From NCBI GenBank assembly GCA_022821065.1, contig JAJEEK010000057.1, positions 1,128 to 65,127 on the forward strand: DNA of 64,000 nt, written 5' to 3'. The notes under the pieces are model-generated. The model made no database searches. It was given only the letters and a program-made list of their open reading frames with translations, and was not told the DNA's origin. The translations under genes were made by a program, and so were the position numbers. Origin of the DNA: Candidatus Poribacteria bacterium. Its GTDB lineage: Bacteria > Poribacteria > WGA-4E > WGA-3G. Position 1 is the stretch's first letter. Each line of letters starts with the position of its first letter. Shown here in pieces: positions 46,062 through 54,223 of the stretch.

Positions 46062-47017
46062 TGAAAATTTTATTTAGATTGATAGGTTTAGCACTTATAT
46101 GTTTTTTTGCTTTTTATATTGTGAGTTGTGGGCAACGTGAAGAAGCAGACGAGGTCGGTCCCACGGAATTAGTGGGTGCGGACTCAAGCACTGAGATTAC
46201 ACCAACCGCTGAGCCTCCACCGGAACCTGCCATGGAACCTGCACCAGAACCGATGATTCCAGATGGAATGGTTCTCATCCCGGAAGGCGAATTTCAGATG
46301 GGCAGTAATGATGGACTCGCTGATCCCGACGAACAACCGGTGCATACCGTCCATCTCGACGCGTTTTACATAGATGCAAATGAGGTAACCAACGGCGAAT
46401 TCAAGGATTTCGTTCTCGCAAACCCAGCGTGGCAGAAAAAAGAAATTAATGAAAAGTTCCACGACGGCAATTATCTTCAGGATTGGAACGGAAATAACTT
46501 CCCGCTTGGCGAACGCGAACAGCCCGTCCGTTATGTGAGTTGGTACGCTGCAATGGCTTATGCCGTCTGGATGGATAAACGTTTACCGACAGAAGCGGAA
46601 TGGGAGAAAGCGGCACGCGGCGGATTAGCGAAGAAACAGTATCCGTGGGGTAACGGCATTAATTTCAACCGAGCAAACTACGGTAAGAATATCGGTATAA
46701 CCACACCTGTCGGCGAGTACCCAGCGAACGACTACGGCATACACGACATCGCCGGAAACGTATGGGAGTGGTGTCTTGACGGATACGAAGCCGATTTCTA
46801 TGCCAACTCGCCGCGCCGAAACCCGACCGCAGGTGCGGACAACGTTGACGAGATTGTCAACGATTTCGAGAACATTGTAGATTTTCGCGTCATCCGGGGT
46901 GGTGGCTGGAACAGTGAACCTGAATGGCTGCGTGCTTCAAATCGGCACGGGACAAGTCCGGCGTATGCGGGTATCGGCGCGCTTGGATTCCGTTGCGCGA
47001 AAAGTGTATCGCCGTAA
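46061..47017 (+). CDS. Formylglycine-generating-enzyme (SUMF1/FGE-sulfatase) family lipoprotein
   Basis: It has a lipobox-like IVSC, plus FYID..EVTNGEF, YPWG, GNVWEWC, RGGGW and GFRC motifs. Its ATG overlaps the GS stop codon (TAATG). Confidence 0.8.
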   Translation: MKILFRLIGLALICFFAFYIVSCGQREEADEVGPTELVGADSSTEITPTAEPPPEPAMEPAPEPMIPDGMVLIPEGEFQMGSNDGLADPDEQPVHTVHLDAFYIDANEVTNGEFKDFVLANPAWQKKEINEKFHDGNYLQDWNGNNFPLGEREQPVRYVSWYAAMAYAVWMDKRLPTEAEWEKAARGGLAKKQYPWGNGINFNRANYGKNIGITTPVGEYPANDYGIHDIAGNVWEWCLDGYEADFYANSPRRNPTAGADNVDEIVNDFENIVDFRVIRGGGWNSEPEWLRASNRHGTSPAYAGIGALGFRCAKSVSP

Positions 47018-47132
47018 GACGCAACGGGTATCCCGATCAAAATTAACGCTTTGGTGTTGAAATAAAAACGAAAATTTGCTACGATGTGGTCTCATACCTT
47101 ATCCAACACACAAACGCAATTTGGAAAAAACG

Positions 47133-48191
47133 ATGGAACGTCCGCAATCATCGCTAAATTCACGTGGCACCTTGATACAGACAGAACCCCAGTTAGAATC
47201 GTCCCTATCCGAACCGGCAGGTGAGGTGATAGAAGCAGTTGCTGCACTGGAAGGCGATATCCTTATCCTCGGTGTTGGTGGGAAGATGGGTCCAACACTC
47301 GCTAAACAGGCGAAACGCGCTATTGACCGTGCAGGCGTTGCTAAAAAGGTGATGGGTGTCTCCAGATTTTCGACACCGAATGTGCAAGAAGACTTGCACG
47401 CAGCAGGGATCGAAACGATCCCCGCGGATCTACTCTCGGAAGACTGCTTGCAAAACCTACCCGACACCGAAAACGTAATCCTGATGGCGGGTCGGAAGTT
47501 CGGTTCAACCGGCAATGAAAGCCTGACGTGGGCAATGAACGGTTATATGCCGGGCCGTATCGCTGAAAGGTTTCGTGCCTCTCGGTTGGTGGTCTTTTCA
47601 ACCGGGAATGTCTACCCGCTGACACCGGTTTCTCACGGTGGGGCAACTGAGGATTCACCTGTTGCACCGATTGGCGAATACGCGCAATCGTGTCTGAGTC
47701 GTGAACGGATATGTACACACTTTTCATCGCAATTCGGCACACCGATGGCAATCCTACGACTGAACTATGCAATAGACCTGCGCTATGGCATATTGTTAGA
47801 CATCGCTGAAAAAGTTTATGCCGAAGAAACGATTTCGTTGGAAATGGGCAGTGTAAATATGATATGGCAAGGCGATGCGAACGCAGTGGTGTTACGCGCT
47901 TTCGTGCACTGCCAAAGTCCACCGTTAATTCTTAATGTAACGGGACCGGAGACAGTCTCTATACGCTATCTGGCATCGCGTTTTGGCGAAATTTTCACTA
48001 AGTCGCCACGGTTTGAGGGTGAGGAATCACCAACAGCACTGCTAAACAACGCTGCCCGATGCCATCAACTTTTTGGGTACCCACGCGTCTCTTTAGGACA
48101 GATGATTGAATGGGTAGCAGAATGGGTGCGGATCGGCGGTTCCACACTCCATAAACCGACGCATTTTGAAGTGCGTGACGGAAAATTTTAA
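47133..48191 (+). CDS. NAD-dependent epimerase/dehydratase family protein
   Basis: It has an ILILGVGGKMGPTLA Rossmann motif. I set the start at ATG 47133 (MERPQS), downstream of a TTGAAA-17-TACGAT promoter-like site. Confidence 0.6.
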   Translation: MERPQSSLNSRGTLIQTEPQLESSLSEPAGEVIEAVAALEGDILILGVGGKMGPTLAKQAKRAIDRAGVAKKVMGVSRFSTPNVQEDLHAAGIETIPADLLSEDCLQNLPDTENVILMAGRKFGSTGNESLTWAMNGYMPGRIAERFRASRLVVFSTGNVYPLTPVSHGGATEDSPVAPIGEYAQSCLSRERICTHFSSQFGTPMAILRLNYAIDLRYGILLDIAEKVYAEETISLEMGSVNMIWQGDANAVVLRAFVHCQSPPLILNVTGPETVSIRYLASRFGEIFTKSPRFEGEESPTALLNNAARCHQLFGYPRVSLGQMIEWVAEWVRIGGSTLHKPTHFEVRDGKF

Positions 48192-48376
48192 TGGTTGTCA
48201 ATTATCCGTACGGTTTTTCTGCGAAAAACCTTTCAGTTTTGACCAACAACTCGCGCCTTAGTAAAAGTATCTGTAGACGAGTTGTTGGTCAAAGTTAAGA
48301 GACCACCTGCGGCAGATACAAATTTTGTTACGACCACAAGAAGTCAATTGACAGCTTAAAAAGATATAGACAAAAA

Positions 48377-49336
48377 ATGCGAATTTTGTTAGTATGTTAT
48401 GGTAGTTTTTTGATGATGTTTTCCGTTTTAATCGGTCGGGCTTTCTGCCAATCGCATTCACCTGTGCCGATTGCCTTTGCCTCGGATGTCAGCGGCGATT
48501 GGGAAATCTACCTGACAGATACAACTGGAAAGCAACCCATCAACCTAACGCAAAATCCTGCAGCGGATTACTATCCGACGTGGTCCCCCGACAGCACCCA
48601 AATCGCCTTTTTTTCTCGCCGCGACGGGAACCATGAGATTTATGTGATGCAATCCGATGGTACCGATCAGCGACGGTTGACACATCATCCTGCGACGGAT
48701 AAAGCACCGGCTTGGTCGCCTGATGGGACCCGTCTCGCCTTCGGATCAAACCGAGGCGGACATTTCAATATTTATCTGTTTCATTTCAATAATGGCGAAG
48801 TGGTGCGTCTCACTGAAAACCGGTTTCAAGATGAGGCACCGGCTTGGTCGCCTGACGGAAATGCGCTTGTTTTCCACTCAAAACGGGAATTCAACTGGGA
48901 TATATACGTCGTTGACATCCATAGCCGAGTTGAACGCCGATTAACACATCAACCGTTGATGGATACTTATGCGGCTTGGTCGCCTGACGGAACACGGATC
49001 GTATATTCCGCCATGCATCGAGAGGTAGAACTGGCTGACTTTGACTTGTACATCATGGACGCGGAAGACGGCGGAAACAAAACTGCGCTCACGGATACAC
49101 CAACAGATGAGGCTGTCCCGGCATGGTCCCCTGATGGTGATTTCATCGCTTTCCAGTTTGAGAAGGATGGCAGATGGGTTGTCCACCTGATGCATGCTGA
49201 CGGCAGTGAACGCCGCGAATTGATTGATAACGGTGCCTGGGCAGCACAACCGAAATGGCAGAACAGTTCGGATGTCCTTCCAATAAAACCGTCCGGATTA
49301 CAAATCCAACTGTGGGGCAGAATCCGAACCCGATAA
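48377..49336 (+). CDS. Secreted TolB-like PD40 beta-propeller repeat protein
   Basis: It has a signal peptide and repeated P(A/T)WSPDG..IAF.S.RDGN.EIY blades. Confidence 0.75.
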   Translation: MRILLVCYGSFLMMFSVLIGRAFCQSHSPVPIAFASDVSGDWEIYLTDTTGKQPINLTQNPAADYYPTWSPDSTQIAFFSRRDGNHEIYVMQSDGTDQRRLTHHPATDKAPAWSPDGTRLAFGSNRGGHFNIYLFHFNNGEVVRLTENRFQDEAPAWSPDGNALVFHSKREFNWDIYVVDIHSRVERRLTHQPLMDTYAAWSPDGTRIVYSAMHREVELADFDLYIMDAEDGGNKTALTDTPTDEAVPAWSPDGDFIAFQFEKDGRWVVHLMHADGSERRELIDNGAWAAQPKWQNSSDVLPIKPSGLQIQLWGRIRTR

Positions 49337-49373
49337 GATAAATGTATTCACAAACACGCAGAACAGACAGGAT

Positions 49374-49494
49374 CAGGACTTACGCAATTTTGACTGTAAA
49401 CCGTTCTGTTAGATGAAATTTTTCTGTAAGCGCAGCGTCCTGATAGCACAAACTGGAAGTTTGTGGTACAAAAGAGCAGCGTGCGTAAGTCCTA
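49374..49494 (+). mobile_element. MITE family 1 copy (short subfamily, no recognisable TSD)
   Basis: TIRs are AGGACTTACGCA and TGCGTAAGTCCT. The flanks AGGAT and AATAC do not match. Confidence 0.7.
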
Positions 49495-49601
49495 AATACA
49501 ACAATTTTCAGCACACACGGTCCAATCATCTACTCGGCATCTGATATAGAATCAGATACCTCTTTAACCAATAACTGACAACTCACAAAAGGAGATTTAG
49601 T

Positions 49602-50255
49602 ATGCGCTTCAAGACATTGGTCTTAGGTACACTTTTTATTTTTGGTTTACTGCTGACAAGTGGTATTAGTTACGGCTATGAGCGAGCGATCGAGGCAGAA
49701 ATGGCGGATATGATTGAAGAACCGATGATCGTTGCCGACGATCCAAACGCTTCCGGCGGCCAGTTCGTCTGGGCGGAGGGTGAACCGCTCACGGGTGGTG
49801 GTGACGCCGGTTCGGTGACATTTAATATCCATATCCCGGAACCTGGTACTTATGCGCTCTGGGGTAAAGTCCTGGCATGGGATGGCAATAGCGACTCCTT
49901 CTGGGTCAATTGGATGCCTATGGACTCCGATGAAAATTCCCAAGAAACTGGTAATACAGAGTTTCGCTGGGGTGTTGCTGGAGGTAGCGAGTGGCATTGG
50001 GATCGAATTAACCACTGGCTCGATGGCGGTACATTTGATAGAGAATGGGAAATAGAGGCAGCTGGAGACACCACCCTTCGCATCGGTGTCCGGGAAGATG
50101 CCACGATGTTAGATGTTATCTACATCACCGACAATCTCTCTGAGGACGAAGCCGAAGTCAGTCCTCGCGATCCGCTTCCGGAAGATTCCATTACACCTGT
50201 CGAACCGCAAGCCAAACTCGCCACAACGTGGGCAGCACTGAAAGCTGGACGATAG
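49602..50255 (+). CDS. Secreted jelly-roll / carbohydrate-binding-module-like protein ending in KLATTWAALKAGR (paralog 1)
   Basis: 217-aa ORF with a signal peptide. G.Y.LWG.V.AWDGNSDSFWVNWMP..W.WDRI and LRIGVREDATMLDVIYIT resemble galactose-binding-like CBM folds. The fold call is tentative. Confidence 0.6.
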   Translation: MRFKTLVLGTLFIFGLLLTSGISYGYERAIEAEMADMIEEPMIVADDPNASGGQFVWAEGEPLTGGGDAGSVTFNIHIPEPGTYALWGKVLAWDGNSDSFWVNWMPMDSDENSQETGNTEFRWGVAGGSEWHWDRINHWLDGGTFDREWEIEAAGDTTLRIGVREDATMLDVIYITDNLSEDEAEVSPRDPLPEDSITPVEPQAKLATTWAALKAGR

Positions 50256-50330
50256 GAAATTGACTTAATCTACCGCGGGCGGTTTGACAGAGCTGCCCGC
50301 GTATTTCAGACAGTAGCAGGGAGGTTTTCA

Positions 50331-51005
50331 ATGAAACATATAACAATATTGACACTGAGCCTATTAACTGTTTTCTTATGCGGAATCGTTGGACTCAGTG
50401 CGGATGTCGAAATTGCCCTCGAAGCCGAATTAGCAAATGAAATTGTGGACCCCATGATTATTGCTGACGATGACAACGCCTCTGATGGAAAATTTATCTG
50501 GGCGGAGGGAGCACCCCTCACCGGTGGTGGTGATAGAGGACACGCGAATTTTATTATCAATATTCCGGAACCGGGCGATTACGCGTTGTGGGGACACGTT
50601 ATCGCGTGGGATGGGAACAGCGACTCTTTCTGGGTGAATTGGATGCCTGCGGACCCCGACGAAAATGCACAGCAAACTGGTAATACAGAGTTTCGCTGGG
50701 GTGTCGCAGGAGGTGCCGTATGGCACTGGGATCGCATCAATCACTGGTTAGACGGTGGAACGTTCGATCGGACATGGGAGTTTAAGGAACCCGGTGAGAC
50801 GACCCTTCGTATCGCCGTCCGTGAAGATGCGACCATGATAGATGCGATTTTCGTGACGACGAATGTAAAAGCGACAGTTGATGCCCAAGCAAACGTGCGG
50901 CTCCCAACCGATGAAGATCGGAAGATACAAGTTGAAGGTCTCGCAGTGAGTCCAAAAGGTAAAGTTGCGACCACCTGGGGTACCCTGAAACGGGCATATC
51001 AATAA
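50331..51005 (+). CDS. Secreted jelly-roll / CBM-like protein ending in KVATTWGTLKRAYQ (paralog 2)
   Basis: 224-aa ORF that aligns with the upstream paralog over its full length by eye. Confidence 0.6.
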   Translation: MKHITILTLSLLTVFLCGIVGLSADVEIALEAELANEIVDPMIIADDDNASDGKFIWAEGAPLTGGGDRGHANFIINIPEPGDYALWGHVIAWDGNSDSFWVNWMPADPDENAQQTGNTEFRWGVAGGAVWHWDRINHWLDGGTFDRTWEFKEPGETTLRIAVREDATMIDAIFVTTNVKATVDAQANVRLPTDEDRKIQVEGLAVSPKGKVATTWGTLKRAYQ

Positions 51006-51495
51006 AAACAGGTAAAAGATTGGAAGATTGGAAGATTGGAAGATTGGAAGCGTATGCCTTCTTTCCAAACTTCCACCCTTCCGCTTTTTCCTCCAATCTT
51101 CTTCTACCCTGCCACTCAAACCACACACCTGAATTATGCGGCACAGCATAAACAGAAAAGTTCGTTTGCGTCAGCAACCGGTTATTGCGAAAAATATAGT
51201 GCCGATCTCCATAATGCTCAATCCGCCATAAGTCAAATCCACGTTCACATCGAATGACACGCTCAGGAACACCAAGATGGTATCTTAATCTCTCCGCTGT
51301 CTGTCTGTCGCGTTTAATAAGCGTGTGCGTCGTGTATGCAACGCCGGATAGAATTACGCCTAACGCAATCTTCCCTCTTAATTTAGCCGAAACCCCCTCC
51401 GCAGCGGGTGTCAATCCGTAAATAAAGCAGAGAATAAGCACAAAAGCAGATATGCTTTTTATTTTTTTAGCGTAAATTTGACAAAAATTTTGCAT
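50782..51495 (-). CDS. Doubtful ORF. The N-terminal ~115 aa may be a small anchored protein. The remainder reads through the octamer repeat and runs antisense to the 50331..51005 gene.
   Basis: 237-aa ORF with the N-terminal hydrophobic segment SAFVLILCFIYGL. The last 224 nt overlap a well-supported convergent gene. No family recognised. Confidence 0.3.
   Translation of the reverse strand: MQNFCQIYAKKIKSISAFVLILCFIYGLTPAAEGVSAKLRGKIALGVILSGVAYTTHTLIKRDRQTAERLRYHLGVPERVIRCERGFDLWRIEHYGDRHYIFRNNRLLTQTNFSVYAVPHNSGVWFEWQGRRRLEEKAEGWKFGKKAYASNLPIFQSSNLLPVFIDMPVSGYPRWSQLYLLDSLRDLQLVSSDLHRLGAARLLGHQLSLLHSSSRKSHLSWSHLHGRRYEGSSHRVP
51018..51104. repeat. Octamer tandem repeat (GATTGGAA x4) plus an imperfectly complementary arm
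   Basis: GATTGGAA x4 lies at 51018-51049, followed by CTTCTTTCCAAACTTCCACCCTTCC..CCTCCAATCTTC. It sits immediately after the stop at 51005. Confidence 0.65.
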
Positions 51496-51619
51496 TTATA
51501 TGATATTTCGGTATATTAGCACTTGACAAAGAAATTGCTTTAAGTGTATCCTAATTGAACTGATAAAACAAGAATCGCTCATCGGGTTTGCAGCTTATGG
51601 ATCTTTTACGTCTTAAGTA

Positions 51620-51755
51620 GCGGGGTTACATGAAGATTAATTTATTAACTCGGTAATTTTCCGAAGCTGCTTGGTGCGGTTCCAAACCGCCCCTACCGGG
51701 CCTAGGGAAATATAGAATTACCGAAATATTTTCTGAAACTTCATCAAACCTCGCC
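51620..51755 (+). repeat. Long-hairpin repeat family 2, copy 1
   Basis: GCGGGGTTACATGAAGATTAATTTATTAACTCGGTAAT ... ATTACCGAAATATTTTCTGAAACTTCATCAAACCTCGCC forms terminal inverted repeats of about 38 bp. There is a central GCGGTT..AACCGC hairpin. Confidence 0.7.
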
Positions 51756-51787
51756 TGCAAGACAAACCCTATCTATTAGCGATTGAC

Positions 51788-52933
51788 TTGGAGCGTGTCA
51801 CCAAGATGACCGTCATGCATTCCAACGGAGATACTCCGCAAGCGACAGACGTACCAAACTGTACGACGGACCTCAGCATTGAGGACGTTAAGCAGGAACT
51901 GTACAATCGCCATCACCCCAGTTTAACGTTTCTTGACATAGAAGCGCACGCAAAGACCATCCACAAAATACGGATGCTTAAACAGAAACATAATGTTGTG
52001 ATGCTTGGTCACAACTACATGGAGCCGCTTGTCTTCGGATTGTCAGAAAAAGAGGAACAAGGCGATTCCCTCGGTTTGAGCATGTACGCCGCGAACACAG
52101 ATGCGCCGTATCTCATCTTTAACGGCGTACCCTTTATGGCGGAAACAGCAAAGATCCTGAATCCGAGCAAAACGGTGTTAGTCGCCGACAAATCAGCGGG
52201 TTGCTCACTCGCCGATAACTTCGGTGCCGAGGATGTCAGGAAACTGAAATCGCTCTATCCCGGCGCGCCAGTGATGATCTATATCAATAGTTATGCTGAT
52301 GCGAAGGCGGAGTCGGATATCTGCTGTACGTCAGCGAACGCGGCACACATTGCCAAAACGATGCCGGGGGATACCCTAATCTTTGTACCCGATATTTTTT
52401 TCGCACAGAATTTGGAAGAAGAGTTGAGAGATGAAAAAAATATCGTCTATCCCGGCAAAGACAATACGGCGCGCGGTGCGGTTTGTGAAGTCCACGAAAA
52501 ATTTACACTCGACGACCTGCTCGCGATCCGTGAATCCTTTGAAATCCCGAAAGGGCACGCGCACCGTAAACTCTATGCACACTGGGAATGCCGACCAAAT
52601 GTCTTAAAAGAGGCAGATTTTTATGGTAGCACCAGCCAGATTATGAAGGATATTGCGGAACGTGTCGCAGCGAACCAACTCGAACGCGCTTTCGTCGCTT
52701 CCGAGTGCGAATTAACCTCTAACCTCGCTCAAGAATTCCCAGAAGTCCAATTCTGGACAGCTTGCTCAGTCCGTTGCTCACACATGGCACAAGTGAGTCT
52801 GAATAAAATCGGCAATATCCTCGAAGCGATCGATCAGGACGACGATCTCAGCGAATTCGAGATTACACTCAGTTCAGAGATTATCGCCAAAGCACGTACA
52901 CCCATCGAACGGATGCTTGAAGCGAGTGTGTAA
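51788..52933 (+). CDS. nadA: Quinolinate synthase NadA
   Basis: It has VVMLGHNYM, FMAETAKIL, GCSLAD and CTSANA-type motifs. The start may be the ATG at 51806. Confidence 0.85.
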   Translation: MERVTKMTVMHSNGDTPQATDVPNCTTDLSIEDVKQELYNRHHPSLTFLDIEAHAKTIHKIRMLKQKHNVVMLGHNYMEPLVFGLSEKEEQGDSLGLSMYAANTDAPYLIFNGVPFMAETAKILNPSKTVLVADKSAGCSLADNFGAEDVRKLKSLYPGAPVMIYINSYADAKAESDICCTSANAAHIAKTMPGDTLIFVPDIFFAQNLEEELRDEKNIVYPGKDNTARGAVCEVHEKFTLDDLLAIRESFEIPKGHAHRKLYAHWECRPNVLKEADFYGSTSQIMKDIAERVAANQLERAFVASECELTSNLAQEFPEVQFWTACSVRCSHMAQVSLNKIGNILEAIDQDDDLSEFEITLSSEIIAKARTPIERMLEASV

Positions 52934-52980
52934 TAGTTATCAGCACGATTTTTCTGCGAAAAATCGTGCTGATAACTATT
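52932..52980. terminator. Perfect 22-bp-stem palindrome between convergent genes (candidate bidirectional terminator)
   Basis: Sequence is AATAGTTATCAGCACGATTTTT-CTGCG-AAAAATCGTGCTGATAACTATT. It overlaps the nadA stop (52931-52933) and the stop of the minus-strand gene (52980-52982). Confidence 0.6.
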
Positions 52981-53957
52981 TAGAAGCGCGTGATAAAAGA
53001 GACGCGATGCGCATCGCCGAGATGCGCGTCGGGTACAAAAGCGTAATCAAACTGGAAGTCAATATTCGCCAATGCGTCCTCACCGCTGCGGCGTACGCCG
53101 ACACCGAGTGACAAACCGTCGCTCGGGTTCTCATTCATACCGATGCGGTAACCGACACGTGCAGCGACGCTATCGTAAAACCACCGCTCTATACCGACAT
53201 GAAAACTCGGATTCGCGTCAATGAGCGGAAGATGTGCGTCTGCGACCAATGCCCATACCTCCTGCGCAGACATCGGTTCTTCAGCCTCTGCAGCCCTTTC
53301 TTTCCACGTTCTGTAAGCGAGTCCTGCGCGGACTGCCATTGGTAAGTTTTCGCCGCCATCCAAAACCCCTGCATTCTGAAGAGCCACCCCGATACCAAGG
53401 TGATTATCAAGCAGTTGCAAGATGACACCGACATCCGCTGCGACACCGTAAGCATTCTGAATATCCAATTGCTCTGAGATTATTTTCGCTGTCCCACCGA
53501 CGGATAGTGTCGTACTGAGTGGATAAGCGAGAGATAAACCTGTAGCGAACCCACCGACCGTTACGGTGCTATCTGGGTCTTCTGTCGGTCCCTGTCGGCG
53601 TTCAATCTCCGTGAAACTACCGAGGAAACTGGCACCCCAGACGAGCCGTTCTAAGCGTTGCGCGTATCCGATGGTTTGGTTGTTAATTTCGGCGAACGAG
53701 AAGTGTTGCATCGCCGTCAATTCGCGGTCGTGGACAGCGGTTAACCCTGCTGGATTCCAAAAGATGGTATTAATGTCGTTGGCAAGTCCAGTAAAGGCAC
53801 CGCCTAACCCAGCGGGCCGGCTGCCGCTCTCAATTTTCAGGAATGCGGCACCGGCTGTTCCTGCGCCATCGTTAATATCAGCGTGCAAACTTGGGGCAGG
53901 TGCGGTTATTATGAGAAGTGCTATTGCGATTAGAACGGCTCCTCTTTTCAGAATCAT
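52980..53957 (-). CDS. PorV/PorQ-like outer-membrane beta-barrel protein
   Basis: 325-aa ORF with a signal peptide. GTAGAAFLKIESGSRPAGLGGAFTGLANDINTIFWNPAGL resembles the PorV/PorQ (UPF0164-like) N-terminal signature. The C-terminus is ..SFITRF. Confidence 0.55.
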   Translation of the reverse strand: MILKRGAVLIAIALLIITAPAPSLHADINDGAGTAGAAFLKIESGSRPAGLGGAFTGLANDINTIFWNPAGLTAVHDRELTAMQHFSFAEINNQTIGYAQRLERLVWGASFLGSFTEIERRQGPTEDPDSTVTVGGFATGLSLAYPLSTTLSVGGTAKIISEQLDIQNAYGVAADVGVILQLLDNHLGIGVALQNAGVLDGGENLPMAVRAGLAYRTWKERAAEAEEPMSAQEVWALVADAHLPLIDANPSFHVGIERWFYDSVAARVGYRIGMNENPSDGLSLGVGVRRSGEDALANIDFQFDYAFVPDAHLGDAHRVSFITRF

Positions 53958-54029
53958 GAGTTCTCCTTATCCTAACTATTTGGTATCTCTTAGGGTCTAC
54001 ATATCTTTTTTAAATAACAAGCACCGTGA

Positions 54030-54164
54030 GCGGGGTTAATGAAAATTGATTTTTTAATTCGGTAATTTCTTAGAGAAGTCCGTGCGGTTTCAAACCACAC
54101 CTACCCTGCCTGAAAAAAATATAGAATTACCGAAATATTTTTTTTAACTTCATAAAACCCCGCC
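54030..54164 (+). repeat. Long-hairpin repeat family 2, copy 2 (between the PorV-like and giant genes)
   Basis: Sequence is GCGGGGTTAATGAAAATTGATTTTTTAATTCGGTAAT ... ATTACCGAAATATTTTTTTTAACTTCATAAAACCCCGCC. Confidence 0.7.
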
Positions 54165-54223
54165 GACAAGCGGTTTACGTAAGTCTTGTCTACTTTAAGT
54201 AGTGTTCAGATTGCATCGCGTGC

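Noticed and set aside
46061-47017. The FGE/SUMF1-fold protein could be the variable target of a diversity-generating retroelement.
   Set aside because: There is no reverse transcriptase, no template repeat matching its 3' end and no accessory gene in the window. The C-terminal RGGGW...GFRC motif is simply the family signature.
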